From the NCBI RefSeq assembly GCF_006345805.1, contig NC_042997.1, positions 21,204,001-21,268,000 on the forward strand: a stretch of 64,000 nucleotides of DNA. Reading direction: 5' to 3'. The position numbers and the translations under genes were made by a program. Positions 11,899 through 25,041 of the stretch are shown in pieces. Numbering within the stretch: the stretch's first letter is position 1; each line of letters opens with the position of its first letter. The notes beneath the pieces were generated by a model, which was given only the letters and a program-made list of their open reading frames with translations, made no database searches and had not been told where the DNA came from. This stretch comes from Octopus sinensis. Its lineage: Eukaryota.

Positions 11899-14800
11899 AT
11901 ATATATATTCTAGAATGTTAAAGTATATCTGAAAGATGACATAGAACAACATGTTAGTTTTTATACATCGTGCAATAACATTGTTAATCATATTAAGGAT
12001 TTTAGTATTAGAATTAAAGATTCTTCGCACGTAGTCTTTTAAAATGAGAACTGTGGAAGTCCTCAACAATGCTTTGTCGAGATTATTTTTTAATTAATGT
12101 TTAGAACTTTCAATTAGCTTTTAATGTTAGTCAAAGGAAATGTGATAATGAATGTTGGTTTCAAAGTTCTCTAAAATATCGAGAACATTAATTTGGTTGA
12201 AATATTACTTGTTTGTGCAGGTGAAAAGCGTATAGACAAGGAATAAATTCGACTAACATGAAATACGTGGGAGATAGGATTGGTTGAAATTATAGAGGAC
12301 GTCTTTTAAGTTGTAGAAACAGATGTGAAGCTTAATTGTTAGTACCTGAGACATACAGTTAGAAACTTTTAAAGAAATGTCTGATTTTGCATCAAATGGG
12401 AAGGATAAGACTGGAAAGAGAAACAAACAGTTTCCAAGAGTAGTGGAACTGAGGGAGGTGACCTCAAACGGGAGGCCCATTCCGATTGCCGGCACCAGAG
12501 TAGACTCTACTAAAGGCCCTGAAAGAGCCAGGTAATAGTGCTAAATCAGCTGACGGTTTGACACCAATGATTGATATTTCTTTTGCTGTTGTAGTTTCAC
12601 TTCTACGGTATCAACTCATTCTCCGGCAAATAAGTTAAAGAGGTGTGGAAAGTATATAAATAGTCTTGCTTTAGCAAAATATTTTGGGTTATGATTTCTG
12701 CTTTTTTGCAGGTTTTAAGAATGTGTGGAATGTGCTTGCTCTTACGGAGAAAGTGACTGTGAAACTAAAAGTCTATATCGGCAAAAAATAATAAAATAGA
12801 TATGTTGTATGGTATATTTTAAGATAACATTTGTTTGATAAAAACATGACCAGGGATGTAGTTGTTTTAATTGGTTTTATGTAAATCAAGGTAAACCATG
12901 TTCGAACAGAACTATAGTGAAAACTTTACTAACGATACGGTTGCGTCTTTAGATATATGTATTTCAATGTATCATTTTTGTTTGTAAGACATGATGTAAA
13001 TTCAAATAGATTTGGCAGGTAATTATTGTAGGTCAGTCTACCATGCAGAAGTTCTTTCATTGGATTATACATTTGGTATAGCATGAGACGTGATCCTGCA
13101 TTATTTTCCTGAAACTCTTTAATTAACCTTTTGTTATATAAAAGACAAGCTTCAATTTCTTTCAAATTGATATGATTTAAAATATTCTTTGTTCTCTCAT
13201 TTTAAGTATCTCATTTAAATCACTATTTCAAATTTGTGAAAAACATGTTCTAAAACATGCATACACACACATTATATGCGCGCGCATGTGTGGATTGCCA
13301 CACACCCTCGGTATATAACTTATATATCTTTCTTTAAACTTTCAGCACATGTGCAGCTTGAAAATAATTAATCGGAAGAGTTATTGTGCATGTGTCCCTA
13401 GAGAGAGGAATATACTTCTCTTAGTATTTGGATGAGAAACCTTTACGTATAAACCAACGCCCAATAATTAGCATCACAATTTATTTGTAAAATCATATTT
13501 TATGTATAATTTTTAATATGAGATGACATCCTGTGAAGTTGACATGTTTTCCGTTTTACGATTTCAATAAAAATTAAAACTATCTTGTGTATATATATTT
13601 TCTTGAGGTTTATTCAACCCTGAATTCAATGTTCCAAATAAATACACATTTATCGGATTCTCCTCGAAATTGTTCACTTATCAAACCGTGAAAAAGCATT
13701 GTAGATATATAAATTACTACAGTCATAGACAGAAATATATCTTTAAATCGTGTTTCTATTTCAATTTATCAAGCTAACAATAAGTTACATCCTATTTCGC
13801 TTGTGAATAAGCATAATTTCTTACCGTACACTTATTTCAATAATTTTCCGTTCAATTTCCGAAACAGAATGTATTATTATTTTTAAGCTATCCCTTGTCA
13901 CACTACAACAAAAACTCCATTATTTCTAGAGTAGTAACACAGAACTGAATAATTTGTCGGTGCACTTCATATTGAATATTGGCTGAAACCATTTCAACAC
14001 TGATTGTATTTAAAGCCAAAAACTGAACAAAAATTTAATCGCATTCAACTTACCAAAACATGTTTAAAGAGCGTAATGTCGGATATCCGTGCTTGGAATG
14101 CTAAATAATTATTATAAATGGACTGCTCAATTTGCTCAAAAGATATTCTTTTGTATATAATATTCAGAAACATATATTTATTTTCGTTTATTTAAATAGA
14201 ATATTTTGTATTTCATGGTGTAATATATTTCTGTTAGTTTAAATTTGGAAATAATGTTTTTCTTTCCTTAAACAAAAATTTAAATATTTTCATCTAAATC
14301 TTAACGTATGCCAGTTAATTCTACCTATTAATTTCAAGTGTCAATATAATACAAAATATTGATTTCTTTTGACAAAGAATATGACCAAACAAAATATCGA
14401 ATTTGACAAGGAAATCCTGTGCAACAAGATCTAAATAAATTTCATTTTCGTAAAATATATCAAATTTTTCTTTGATTAACTACTTTTTTTCAACAATAAA
14501 GACTTAGAACGTTTTCAAAGAAGCAAAATGTTATTTTCATTTGGCTTAGAAAATTTTAAATTATGCAGCATTCAGTTTGTATATCTTGCAATTCCGCTAG
14601 TATGAGTTTCTAAATTTCTATGTCATTTTAATACATTGGAATTATGTTTTAAATTCTTTGAAGCCTTTATTTTTGCAGCTCTCTTTTTACCCTACTCTCT
14701 TTCTAAATTGACCAAATTCAACAATAGCGTAAGATTCCTACCAAAACTTTTCAGCATATAGTTTATTTCTAATAGCAACACATTTGTAACGTAGAGGCAT

Positions 14801-15815
14801 TGTCATATGAACGACACTTATGCATCAAATTTGCAGGCACCACAAAGCTATTGATATCTAATAGGAAATAGTTAAACATCAAGAATTCAAACATTCGAAA
14901 CAGATACCAGCAATATAAATACGTTAATACTATGAGCGTATAAATACGATTATTTGCCTCCCCGATCGTTTTACAAGAGTACATTGCTTTCCCTACATAC
15001 CACAAAGCATACTACAATCTAATACGTAGACATAACACCTCACATTTAGCTTCAATATTACGTCAAACACCTGGAACACTACATCCAAAATTTTATGCAA
15101 GAAAGCATAAAATTTATTTTGCTTCGAGACAGAAACCAGAAGTACAAATACGCTAAAACTATAAACATATCAATACTTCCTCAATGAGTGCCACTGGAAA
15201 ACATCAAATACAACTAACCATCATATCAGTAACATAAAAATATCACATGCACAGAAGGGAAAAAACATCCATAATAACATTACAAAATTTGTAGCACATG
15301 TAGGGAACAAAGTTAAAAAGAAATTAATTAACGAACAGACAACACATTTATTACAAACGTTAGTTTACAAACCATATATCTGATATATCATGGATTGCAT
15401 CAAAGCCTATAACAAATGTCGACAAACTAAAGACACACAATAGGGCACTTCGCATATTTACAAGTTGTGGAGTAGACCAAATGGAAAACAAAACTTAAAA
15501 TTCTTGATGTGACTACCTGGATGTGTCGTAATTCATATGACTATATATTTAACATTATTAAAGTGCAGAAATGCCTGGAACTTTACACTGAAACAATTTC
15601 ACTCAAATTAGTCCAGAAGATGCGGAAATTACAAACAAAGGCAGCATAAATAACATAAATCATTTCAAACATTATTTTGGAGACGCATTTCACCTATGAA
15701 AACAGGAACATTAATTATTGCCCTCTGACTAATAGCCTTATTTGGTGCTGCTAAAGTTAAGCTAAATCCAACAAACATAGAGAAACACTAGACAGAGAAA
15801 AAATGCAACATAAGT

Positions 15816-16205
15816 AGGCGCGTGTGTAGCTGTGGGGCAAAGATCTTACTCCATGGAGTTAGGAAGCCCTATGGTCCCAGGTTCAGCTCTACCGTGTGGT
15901 ACCTTGGGCAAATGTCTTCTACTGTAACCCTGTGTCAACCAAAGACTTATGAGTGGATTTGATTGACGAAAACTGATATAAGCCAGTCGTATATTATTAT
16001 ATATGTATATATCTATATGTGTATATTTTTGTGTGTGTGTTTGCCCTTCCTCACCACCAGCACTTGAGACTGGTGTGCATTTGTTTACGATCCCATAACC
16101 TAGCGGTTCTGCATAAGAGAACGGTAGAGGTACCAGGCTTCAACTGAAATCCTTCAAAGCAGTTAGCAGGCAAAGCTGCAGTCCAGTAACTGAAACAAGT
16201 AAGGG
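15816..16205 (+). mobile_element. Near full-length tRNA/CORE-type SINE with internal microsatellite
   Basis: Degenerate tRNA head (B-box-like GGTTCAGCTC), CORE-like ACCTTGGGCAAATGTCTT, internal (TA)/(TG) repeat, tail AACTGAAACAAGTAA. Confidence 0.7.
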
Positions 16206-16534
16206 ATAATTGATCTCTAAGCGGCCAATCTTTATTCCATATAAGCTTTTGTAAGACAGAGTGAGGATTTGATCCTCAATTAGTCGGAGGTACGATATCA
16301 ATGAAGCACAAGAATGCATCTAGCTATGTTAATATCTTACCTTCCATATGTTTATTGACAGGTGCTAGGCAACATTTTCAAAGGTCAAAATTTACTGCGA
16401 GTAAAATCTTGAGTAAAATGTAATTGCAGTCTGGTCTTGAATTAAAATAGTAACTTAAGGTTAAAATTTGACAAGACGCTGAGAAAATTAAGGATCAGTT
16501 ACGATATCAGGCCAGTTTTCCTTTCCTTCAAAGG

Positions 16535-16750
16535 GTAATACCCAATTAACCAGTTCCCCCTGATGTAATACCCAATTAACCAGTTTCAATATGAAAATTT
16601 TAATTCAATTTAATCTAATTTCTCTAATTGAACTAATTGTATGTGGAAACGGCTGTAGGGATAAGAATTTCGTATTATATTGATTTGAATATCTTTGAAT
16701 AAACTGATGTCTGTACGTCAGCTTCTCCGTTTTCTTCTTTTTTCTCATTC
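16535..16750 (+). mobile_element. Penelope-like pLTR relic with a degenerate hammerhead and long stem II
   Basis: CCC-CTGATG at 16557-16565 and GAAAC-GGCT-GTA-GGG at 16646-16660; CAATT..AGTT.CAAT can pair with ATTGAACTAATTG. A 21-bp duplication (16535/16565) interrupts the core. Abuts (TA)n. Confidence 0.45.
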
Positions 16751-16827
<77 letters not shown>

Positions 16828-16831
<4 letters not shown>

Positions 16832-17095
16832 AAAGCTCCCAAATAAGGAAGCTTAGTGCTAGAGACACAAAGAGGGATAAATTCATGGAGAGAATGAAAA
16901 TCAAAAACATTTACCATTAACGATATATCCCGGACTGATCAGTTTCTACCTCTTTCTTTTTGCTAGAAAGAGGTAGAAACTGATCAGTCCGGGATATATC
17001 GTTAATGGTAAATGTTTTTGATTTTCATTCTCTCCATGAATTTATCCCTCTTTGTGCCTCTAGCCCTAAGCTTCCTTATTTGGGAGCCTTTTATT
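16828..17095. repeat. Near-perfect palindrome (~128-bp arms, 7-nt loop) next to (TA)n
   Basis: 16830-16957 is the reverse complement of 16965-17092 with about three differences. Confidence 0.95.
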
Positions 17096-17213
17096 ATATT
17101 TCTCTATGAATAATATTTTTTCTATATGAATAATATTTTGCCTAATGAGTAATTCGTCTTTTGTGCTTGGCCACTGGTAATATTAACCTGTGTTATTACC
17201 CTTTTTGATTATG

Positions 17214-17253
<40 letters not shown>

Positions 17254-18609
17254 CGTGTGTGTGTGTGTGTGTGTATGTGCGCGCGCACCTGTGTGTGTGG
17301 AGAGAGACAGAAAAAATCGAGAAAGAGAGAGTGAGTGAAAGAAGCACATGCTTTATTAAATTTCTAAGTATAGAATATTCTCCACATAAATTTATCACAT
17401 TCTACGTCAGAAGTATGAAAATATTTTATACTTTTAAATTATCAGAATTTCTTTCTAATGGTGAAATACGAAATTTTATCATGTATTAGAAGTTAATCTG
17501 CTAATAAATAAACATGGCTGTCAGTAAAATATCATAAAAGTGTTTTATACGACTTCAAAATTTAATAAAGAAGATAAGCAGTAAAAGATGGATATAAAAA
17601 AAATCGATTTTACGAACTGTACCTATTGAATATCACATTATATCGAATTAAAGCCTTGCTACGTAATTACTTTAGAAACAAACACTGAAATTTTGGAAAA
17701 TGCAATATGCTCAACGCTGTTAATATAAACACAATAAATTGTTGAAAATGACATTTAGTTACTAAAGTAGTATTCATGTTATTTCACCTGCATTTTTATG
17801 CAAAATGAAAACATGAAGCTATTTATTTATTACTAAAATTCAGCTTATTTCCATTTTCATCTGGCGAGTAACACAAAATAGATATTAAACACATAATAAC
17901 GCGAGTCAGCAGCTCACTTTCGATTCCTGGTTTTAACGGTTTAACTTTATTTCAGTAATACTTCACTTTTCAGAAATACATAATTGACTCATAATTACCC
18001 TTCACCATCTCAAAATGCGGCCTTCTAAGGAACGTCCTTTCTAGCCTCTAAAAATGCTTAACCTCTAGATTGGGGTGTATCTCAAGAGAGCCTAGCAATT
18101 GGTACTACATATTCACACACTTCCCCAAGTACCATCAGTACATACATGTTGCTAACTACACTATACGATATCAATTTCACATTAGCAGACTTTAAGTTCT
18201 TGGCAGCGTCCATCATATTTGACATGAAGCTTTATTAGGCTGGGTTTTTTTACGGTCATTCTACCCATGAATGGACTGAAATATTATGGAAAGCATATCG
18301 CAACATATCAGATGTGTTGAATAGTTGTCTTATGCGTTGCTTTGTTCCAGGCGTACTACAAGAACAAGGTAGTCAAAATCAAGTATCTTGAAATACGAAA
18401 ATCCTGTCAGTTCGGTACACATCTCGTTGGTTGATATATGAATATTCTAGTAAAAAGGCGTATAAATTTACTTTCCTTCAGTAACTTCTCTACATTGTGG
18501 CCTTTTAATTGCTGAGAACTGTAACTTTGGTTACCATCTCACTTGAACTAGGATGTAATGTAATTCAAATAATTGAAACTGACATCTAATTATCTATGTA
18601 GATATTATA

Positions 18610-18942
18610 TTAGGTTGTTTAACACAAAACGTCGTATTTGAAAGGTAACAATAAAATGTTTCAGAACAGTTCTGATGTCAGCAAAACCATTATCAAAGGC
18701 CCGCTTGATATTCCGTTGAGCTTCTGCGGTAGAGTGACCCAGTTTGTACTCAGAGAAGAAAATCAGTCTACATAGTTTAGTTGTTATCATTTTCATAAGG
18801 TCAGTGGGTACGTATTTTGTATACCCTTATTGTTGGGAAAGTAAAAGACTCAAGATTAAATGCAAGGTATACATAAATGAGTTTTTAAATGAATGAAATA
18901 GCAAATAATTAAAAATAGGACATTTCATGTGAAACAACCTAT
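18610..18942 (-). mobile_element. Internally deleted mariner
   Basis: TA-flanked TIRs TTAGGTTGTTT / AAACAACCTAT; minus ORF 18605-18796 encodes a mariner HTH N-terminus (RLIFFSEYKLGHSTAEAQRNIKRAF). Confidence 0.75.
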
Positions 18943-19646
18943 TACTAAGCGAAGATTACGCATTCGACTTTTTGAACGTCCGCGAAAACAATTCTTGCAA
19001 GATTCATGCAAAAAAAGGAAGATGCAGGGAATGCTTTCAGATTCTACGGAATTTTGGTCAGGGAAAACAAATGTTAGGAAGAATAAAAGTGACTGCATAT
19101 TATAGAAGAGGTACAAATTTAATCTTAAGCAATCGAAACCTCAGGAGTCGACTTCCAAACTCAGAGATTAGTTTGATATGGGGTATGACGTTTGAACATA
19201 TTTCAATTTCTCCAAATTGAATCAATGAGAACTCTTCGTGTGAAAATCATTATTTGAGAGATATTTACGAAATTTCAGTTCTCAATACAATTGCAAGTTT
19301 TTCTCTACGTACTTCTACATAGCTGAGTGTGTGTTTGACTTTATAAATATTATTCCAATCTAACGACGAGCATTGAATACATTCTTTTGTTTAACAGTGT
19401 TTAACACTATCTGATATTATCATCCATTATGTTTGTGTATGTGTGTGTATGAGTGTATGTGCGCGCGTATGTGTGTATGGATGTCTGTAAACGTATGCAT
19501 GTATGTATGTGTGTGTATAGGCATTTATGTATATTATGCAAATGAGCGCGTATTTTAAATTTAATATTTCTATAATAGGTAATTTTTTCTAAATGGTATA
19601 ATTTAATTTTTCATTATTGAATTGATAAAAGGTGTTTTTTTTTCTA

Positions 19647-19710
<64 letters not shown>

Positions 19711-20081
19711 TATTTTGTGAAATTTGATTTAATATTTCTAAATTGAATTTTTCCCTGTAAGTTTGGAATAATATTCCCTCATATTATTATTATGTATATA
19801 AATATATACATATGCGTTTATATATTAACGTATTCACAAGCGGGAATGCAATGAATATTATGTTGAAATTTCAAGTAGATTAAAAGATTCATATGAATGA
19901 AGTTCAGAACAATATTGCTGCTTGAAGAGTGAGTCAATGGCATAATAATTGAGCTGTTGAGCACTTGCATTATTTGAACCTGAATCTGTCTTCCTTTGTG
20001 AGTTGCTATCTTTACATATACTGGCAGTAAAACACATTGTTACACGCTAAAAATAGCAAATATTCATGCCGACATATAATC

Positions 20082-20299
20082 TATTTCTATACTACCCACA
20101 AGGAGCTAAACACAGAGAAGACAAACAAGGACAGGTAAACGGATTAAGTCGATTATATCGATATCAGAGCGTAACTGGTCATTAATTTATGGACTCCAAA
20201 AGGATGAAAGGAAATTTGAACTCAAAACGTAACGGCAGACGAAATGCGGCTACGCATTTCGTCCGGCGTGCTAACGTTTCTGCCAGCTCGCCGCCTGTC
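20082..20299 (-). mobile_element. tRNA-derived SINE (MetaSINE/MESC-like core) with a 15-bp TSD
   Basis: Head GGCGGCGAGCTGGCAGAA and B box GAGTTCAAAT; TSD TGCCGACATATAATC at 20067-20081 and 20300-20314. Confidence 0.9.
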
Positions 20300-22001
20300 T
20301 GCCGACATATAATCATACGAGTAAAAGTACAAAGAGAAACGGTATTTTATGCAAGATGCATTCCTCAAATTTATAGCGAAAGTAAAATATGACGTTACAG
20401 TAAAAGTGAAATAAGATTCATGACTTTGCTAATGTATATTATTTGTATAAAAGCGAGATTTGAAACTGTTCAAACTAGAAGTTAAATCTGGATCACAGAT
20501 TTGGTTCACCAAGAATCAACTGCCACGATTTACTACGCATCTTACATCTTACTTGTTTGTATATGTGTATGTATGCAAGTGCATGCGTTTATATACGTAT
20601 GTAAACAGCTAGCTGTGTAGCCTGCAGGATCGGTAATCAAGTAAAGGGATACGTTCGACAATATAGCTTAGTATCTCCATCTCTTTCCCCCTCAGTTTTT
20701 CGTTCGTTCTTTCCTCTTACCCCACTTCTCGCTCACCTCTCGCCCGCTAAATACATTTATATATATATATGTGTGTGTGTGTCTGTGTCTGTGTGTGTGT
20801 ATGCGCGCGCATGTGTGTCTATGCATACGTATATACATAAAAGTATATAAATACACAAATGCATATATATATATATACACACACACATATATATATATAT
20901 TATATATATATATATATAATATATATATATATTATATACATACATATTTATGTATACAGGTATATATTATATATATATATGTGTGTGTGTGTGTACAGTG
21001 AGAGAGAGAGAGAGAGAGAGAAAGTGAGTAATGTCATTAATATTTTGATTTTGCTCTTCCATTCTTGTGAAGTCTCTCTGAACTGTCTACATTATTCTCT
21101 TACTAAAACATTGTTTTATCTATATAGAACATTTAAAGCAATCTTTTTTCTTTATGTCAGTTTCAGAAACAGACAGTTTAGTAGCGATATTTATAACGGG
21201 TGTTGCAGAATTTGTTCAAGTGCTAACAATATGCTGGAACAAGATTTGATGATTTTCAAAAGTAAAAGTCAGCTTCGTATCATAAAATCTTAAAATTGAC
21301 AACTACTTACGTCTATGACTGTCTTGATCAATATCCCAAACCGAGATTACAAAACTGTATACTCGCCTATTATTCATTTTTAAACCAGTTCACATGAATG
21401 AGCTTTTACTCCACGTATAAACTATCTGGAATGTTCATGAGTTCACCGATCGGAAGAAGTGTATTGTTCGAGATATATATACAGTTTTATTATATAGGAG
21501 TTTCATAAATTTATATTATGAATATCAATGTTAGCCTGCATTTATGGATGGAATTCCAAAATAGTGTCGAGAGAAATATTTTCTGATGATGACCTATTTT
21601 TTTAAATATTATTAAACATAAACAGCAGAACAAAATCCCAATTTTATTATGTACATAATAACTAATGGACAATAAGAATGTTCTTATGCTTATCTTAATA
21701 ACAGTTATGGCTGTCAGCCAGTAATATCAAATATTAAAATTATACACAGAAACACACACATATATATATATATATGGAGCATAAAGCGCCTGAAAAATGC
21801 GAACTTAGTGAAACTTCACACATAAATAAATGTTAGATACCAATACAGAACGGTATCATTTACTTACATGCGCATTTACCCTTTCATATATCGTATGGTC
21901 AATACGGCTTTTAAATGTCATATTCATAGCCGCCTTTTCGCCCCAATCTACTTCAGCTTCGAATTCAATTCTGTTGCTTCGATTTCCTTTCAGGTTTATT
22001 A

Positions 22002-22039
<38 letters not shown>

Positions 22040-22070
22040 AGTACTACATACTTGTATGTATGTGTGTATG

Positions 22071-22141
<71 letters not shown>

Positions 22142-22205
22142 CAGACACACACACGTGAGTGGACAAACGAAAAAAGGGCGCTCAACGAATTTATTGCGAG
22201 TTACG

Positions 22206-22592
22206 TGTATGGATCAAAACAGTTCGATTTGGACTGGTCGGTACACTTGAGTTTCAAGCGTGAGGGTAGTCTTCAGCCATTTTGAATTTGAATGCCACAA
22301 GTTGATTGTTATAACCGTAAGGTGGGCTGCGATTGGTCGTGGAAGATTACGAGATGTCGTGGTTTAATGTTGGTAACAGATTTCCTGTTCACCATGCGGT
22401 ATTTTCCAATTAATTGTTACCGATACCAATATCAAACCACGAGACCGCCTGACCTTCCTCGACCAAATGCAGCCCACCTTACGGCAATAACAATCAACTT
22501 CTGTCATTCAAATTCAAAATGGCTGAAGACTAACACCGCGCTTGAAACTCAAGAGTGTCAACGAATTTGAATCAAACTGTTTTGATGCACAC
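22206..22592. repeat. Imperfect palindrome (~170-bp arms) in a CA/TA microsatellite; each arm has a hammerhead-like motif
   Basis: Arms share ATCAAAACAGTT, TTGAGTTTCAAGCG, TAGTCTTCAGCCATTTTGAATTTGAATG and CCGTAAGGTGGGCTGC in inverted orientation. CTGAAGA...GAAAC lies at 22523-22548 (+) and 22239-22279 (-). Confidence 0.85.
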
Positions 22593-22634
22593 ACATACAT
22601 ACACGCACATACACACACACCCGCACACGCACCG

Positions 22635-23802
22635 CCGTCTCCCGTTCCCCTCACCTACCACCCCACCACCCAACCTCTCCAATGCACCATTCTCCGAGCC
22701 TTCCTGCAACACCAGTCCGACCACTCCACTTCGCACATCTTCCCTAACCTAAACTCCCAACCGGGCTCGTTCCCCTGCTCCTGCCCACGCTGCGGCACTT
22801 ACCTTTACCTTTCCAACACCACCCTCCTCACGTGTACCCATCATTGACCCTGTCACATCACCGACTCCTGCACTTCTATCCATGTCATCTACTGCATCTC
22901 CTGCTCTCTCTTTCCTTCTCTATACATCGGGCAAACGAGACACCATTTGGCTGACCGTTAGCGGAACACCTCTGAGACATCCGACTCGGCAATAACACCC
23001 CGGTCTCGCACCATTTCCGCTCTACCGGTCACTCTTTGCAACACCTGTCTCTGTTCGGATTGTCCTTGCACAGGGGCATCCGGACTCCCGTTTGCGCCGT
23101 GAACATTTATTAATCTTCTCTCTTCGCTCCTTTGCACCATATGGGCTCAACTCTCCTCCCACCTCCCCTCTCCTCCTCACACCTACTTCCTCCCACCCCA
23201 CCTCATCCCTCACATCCACTGCCACATACCCCATCTCTGCCCCCACTCTCAGCCTAACCCACACCCTTCTCTTGCTTTCCCCACTATTGCCTCCCCACCC
23301 TTGCTTTCCCCACTATTGCCTCCCCACCTCCCAACACCATTACACCACACCACACACCACTACACCATACACCACCATACTACACAACACCACATCACAC
23401 CACTATGCACACACTAGCACTGATCACTTCACAGCCCCACATCCACACGCCTACACATACACACACGCACACGTCAAGATCGCCAGCCCTCTTTCACACA
23501 CAATACTTACTCTTTTATACACACGCATGCGCACCTTCTTTTTGGGATGACCACTACATTATTATCTCCCCTCCTTCCTAAACTCCTGTGTGACTCCTCT
23601 GTCCTGCATTTGCCATGATAGATCGCTAGCCACTACACATTCTTTATTTTCTCCTTGCTTCTTTCTGTGTTCCTTTCTGTGGAAGAGCGTAGGCTTGAAA
23701 CGTTAAAGACTTTTTCACTTCCGGAGCGTTAAACTAATACATCTATTTGTTGTCCACACCACCTGTGTTCGTCTTTTGTTTTTTTTTGTGTGAATTCTCC
23801 CT
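22635..23802 (+). mobile_element. 5'-truncated Penelope-like element (Neptune-type): zinc-finger linker, GIY-YIG endonuclease, C-rich 3' region, pLTR
   Basis: Translation PLTYHP...PCSCPRCGT...HVIYCISC...LYIGQTRHHLADR..EH...PVSHHF...H...RREHLLIFSL...PYGLN, with frameshifts; the pLTR ends at (TATG)n. Confidence 0.88.
23673..23708 (+). ncRNA. Variant minimal hammerhead-like motif in the Neptune pLTR
   Basis: CTTT-CTGTGGA-A-GAGC-GTAG-GCTT-GAAA-CG-TT-AAAG: stem I, core with U at position 6, stem II, GAAA, NUH. Confidence 0.55.
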
Positions 23803-23963
23803 ATGTATGTATGTATGTATGTATGTATGTATGTATGTATGTATGTATGTATGTATGTATATATATATACCTGTATGTGTGTATATATATCTGCACGTGT
23901 ATATATTTATATATACATATATATGTATGTATTTATACACACACATGTATGTACATATATATA

Positions 23964-24024
<61 letters not shown>

Positions 24025-24606
24025 GTGTTATTTTCTTTGGGTTTTTTTCTTTACGTACTCCATGATAGTTTCTCTAAAATATTCATTCAATCTCTATACA
24101 AAATATGGCGAAGAAAAAATTTTCTGGCGAGTGTTCTGCATACTAAGCAGACATACAGTAGGATGTTGTAAGCGTAAATACAATGAATAGAAAAACTATT
24201 AATTGAGATCATCCATATATATAGTAGACAAGAATTCCCTCATGAGTTATTTGAAATCGAACAAAAAATATATTCCATCGATATAACAAAAAAGTTGAGT
24301 TGAAAAAATTTTGGTTAATTAAAATCATTCATGCGATGTATAGACTCAACTCCTGTTTAAATATGTGTCATAATTCCTGTATAAATATGTCATAATTCCA
24401 AGAAAATCATCTCACGAAATTGGTACTTGTATCAGCTACGTTAACATTTATAATTTTCAGTCAAAACATTTTTCTATATCTACATACTGATAGCTTGGCT
24501 TTCTTGCCAACAGAGCTGAATATTCCCAGGTATGTCAGTCTCATGATATTGGAATATTCTCATTGTTTCACTAAGTTCTCATTAAAGACAATATTTACAA
24601 ACATTA

Positions 24607-24790
24607 AGGCGGCGAACTAGTAGAAACGTTGTAACGCCGGGAGTTCTGAGTTCAAATTCCGCCGAGGTCGACTTTGCCTTTCATCCTTTCGGGGTTGATA
24701 AATTAAGTACCAGTTGCATACTGGGGTGGATCTAATCGACTGGCCCCTCCCCACAAATTTCGGGCCTTGTGCCTAGAGCAGAAAGGAATA
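24607..24790 (+). mobile_element. tRNA-derived SINE (Meta-like core)
   Basis: GGCGGCGAACTAGTAGAA, GAGTTCAAATTCC, GCCTTTCATCCTTTCGGGGTTGATAAATTAAGTACCAG. Confidence 0.88.
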
Positions 24791-25041
24791 TTTACAAACA
24801 TTTGTATCATTATCAGTTTCTAAAGTATTCTCGTGTCTCATCACATTGTAGTTGTATTTTGCATTTCAGAATGAGTTTTGTCTACTTAGTGCAAGGATAC
24901 TATTTATCTATATTTTTCAATTGGCTATATTTACCACTTTTTCTTTGCAGTGTTTTTGTTTCGTCATTTATGTTTTTTGTCAATTTAATTTATCTTTTAT
25001 TTATTTTTTGTAACCTCCACCCCATCTTAAATATAAACATA

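Noticed and set aside
12230-12950. Slightly GC-richer segment with a splice-acceptor-like TTTTTTGCAG at ~12710
   Set aside because: No open frame with a recognisable domain and no matching donor; cannot tell it from an old TE.
14770-15700. Possible very old Penelope RT remnant (LKFLDV-like motif near 15495)
   Set aside because: A single short motif in heavily decayed sequence; not enough to call.
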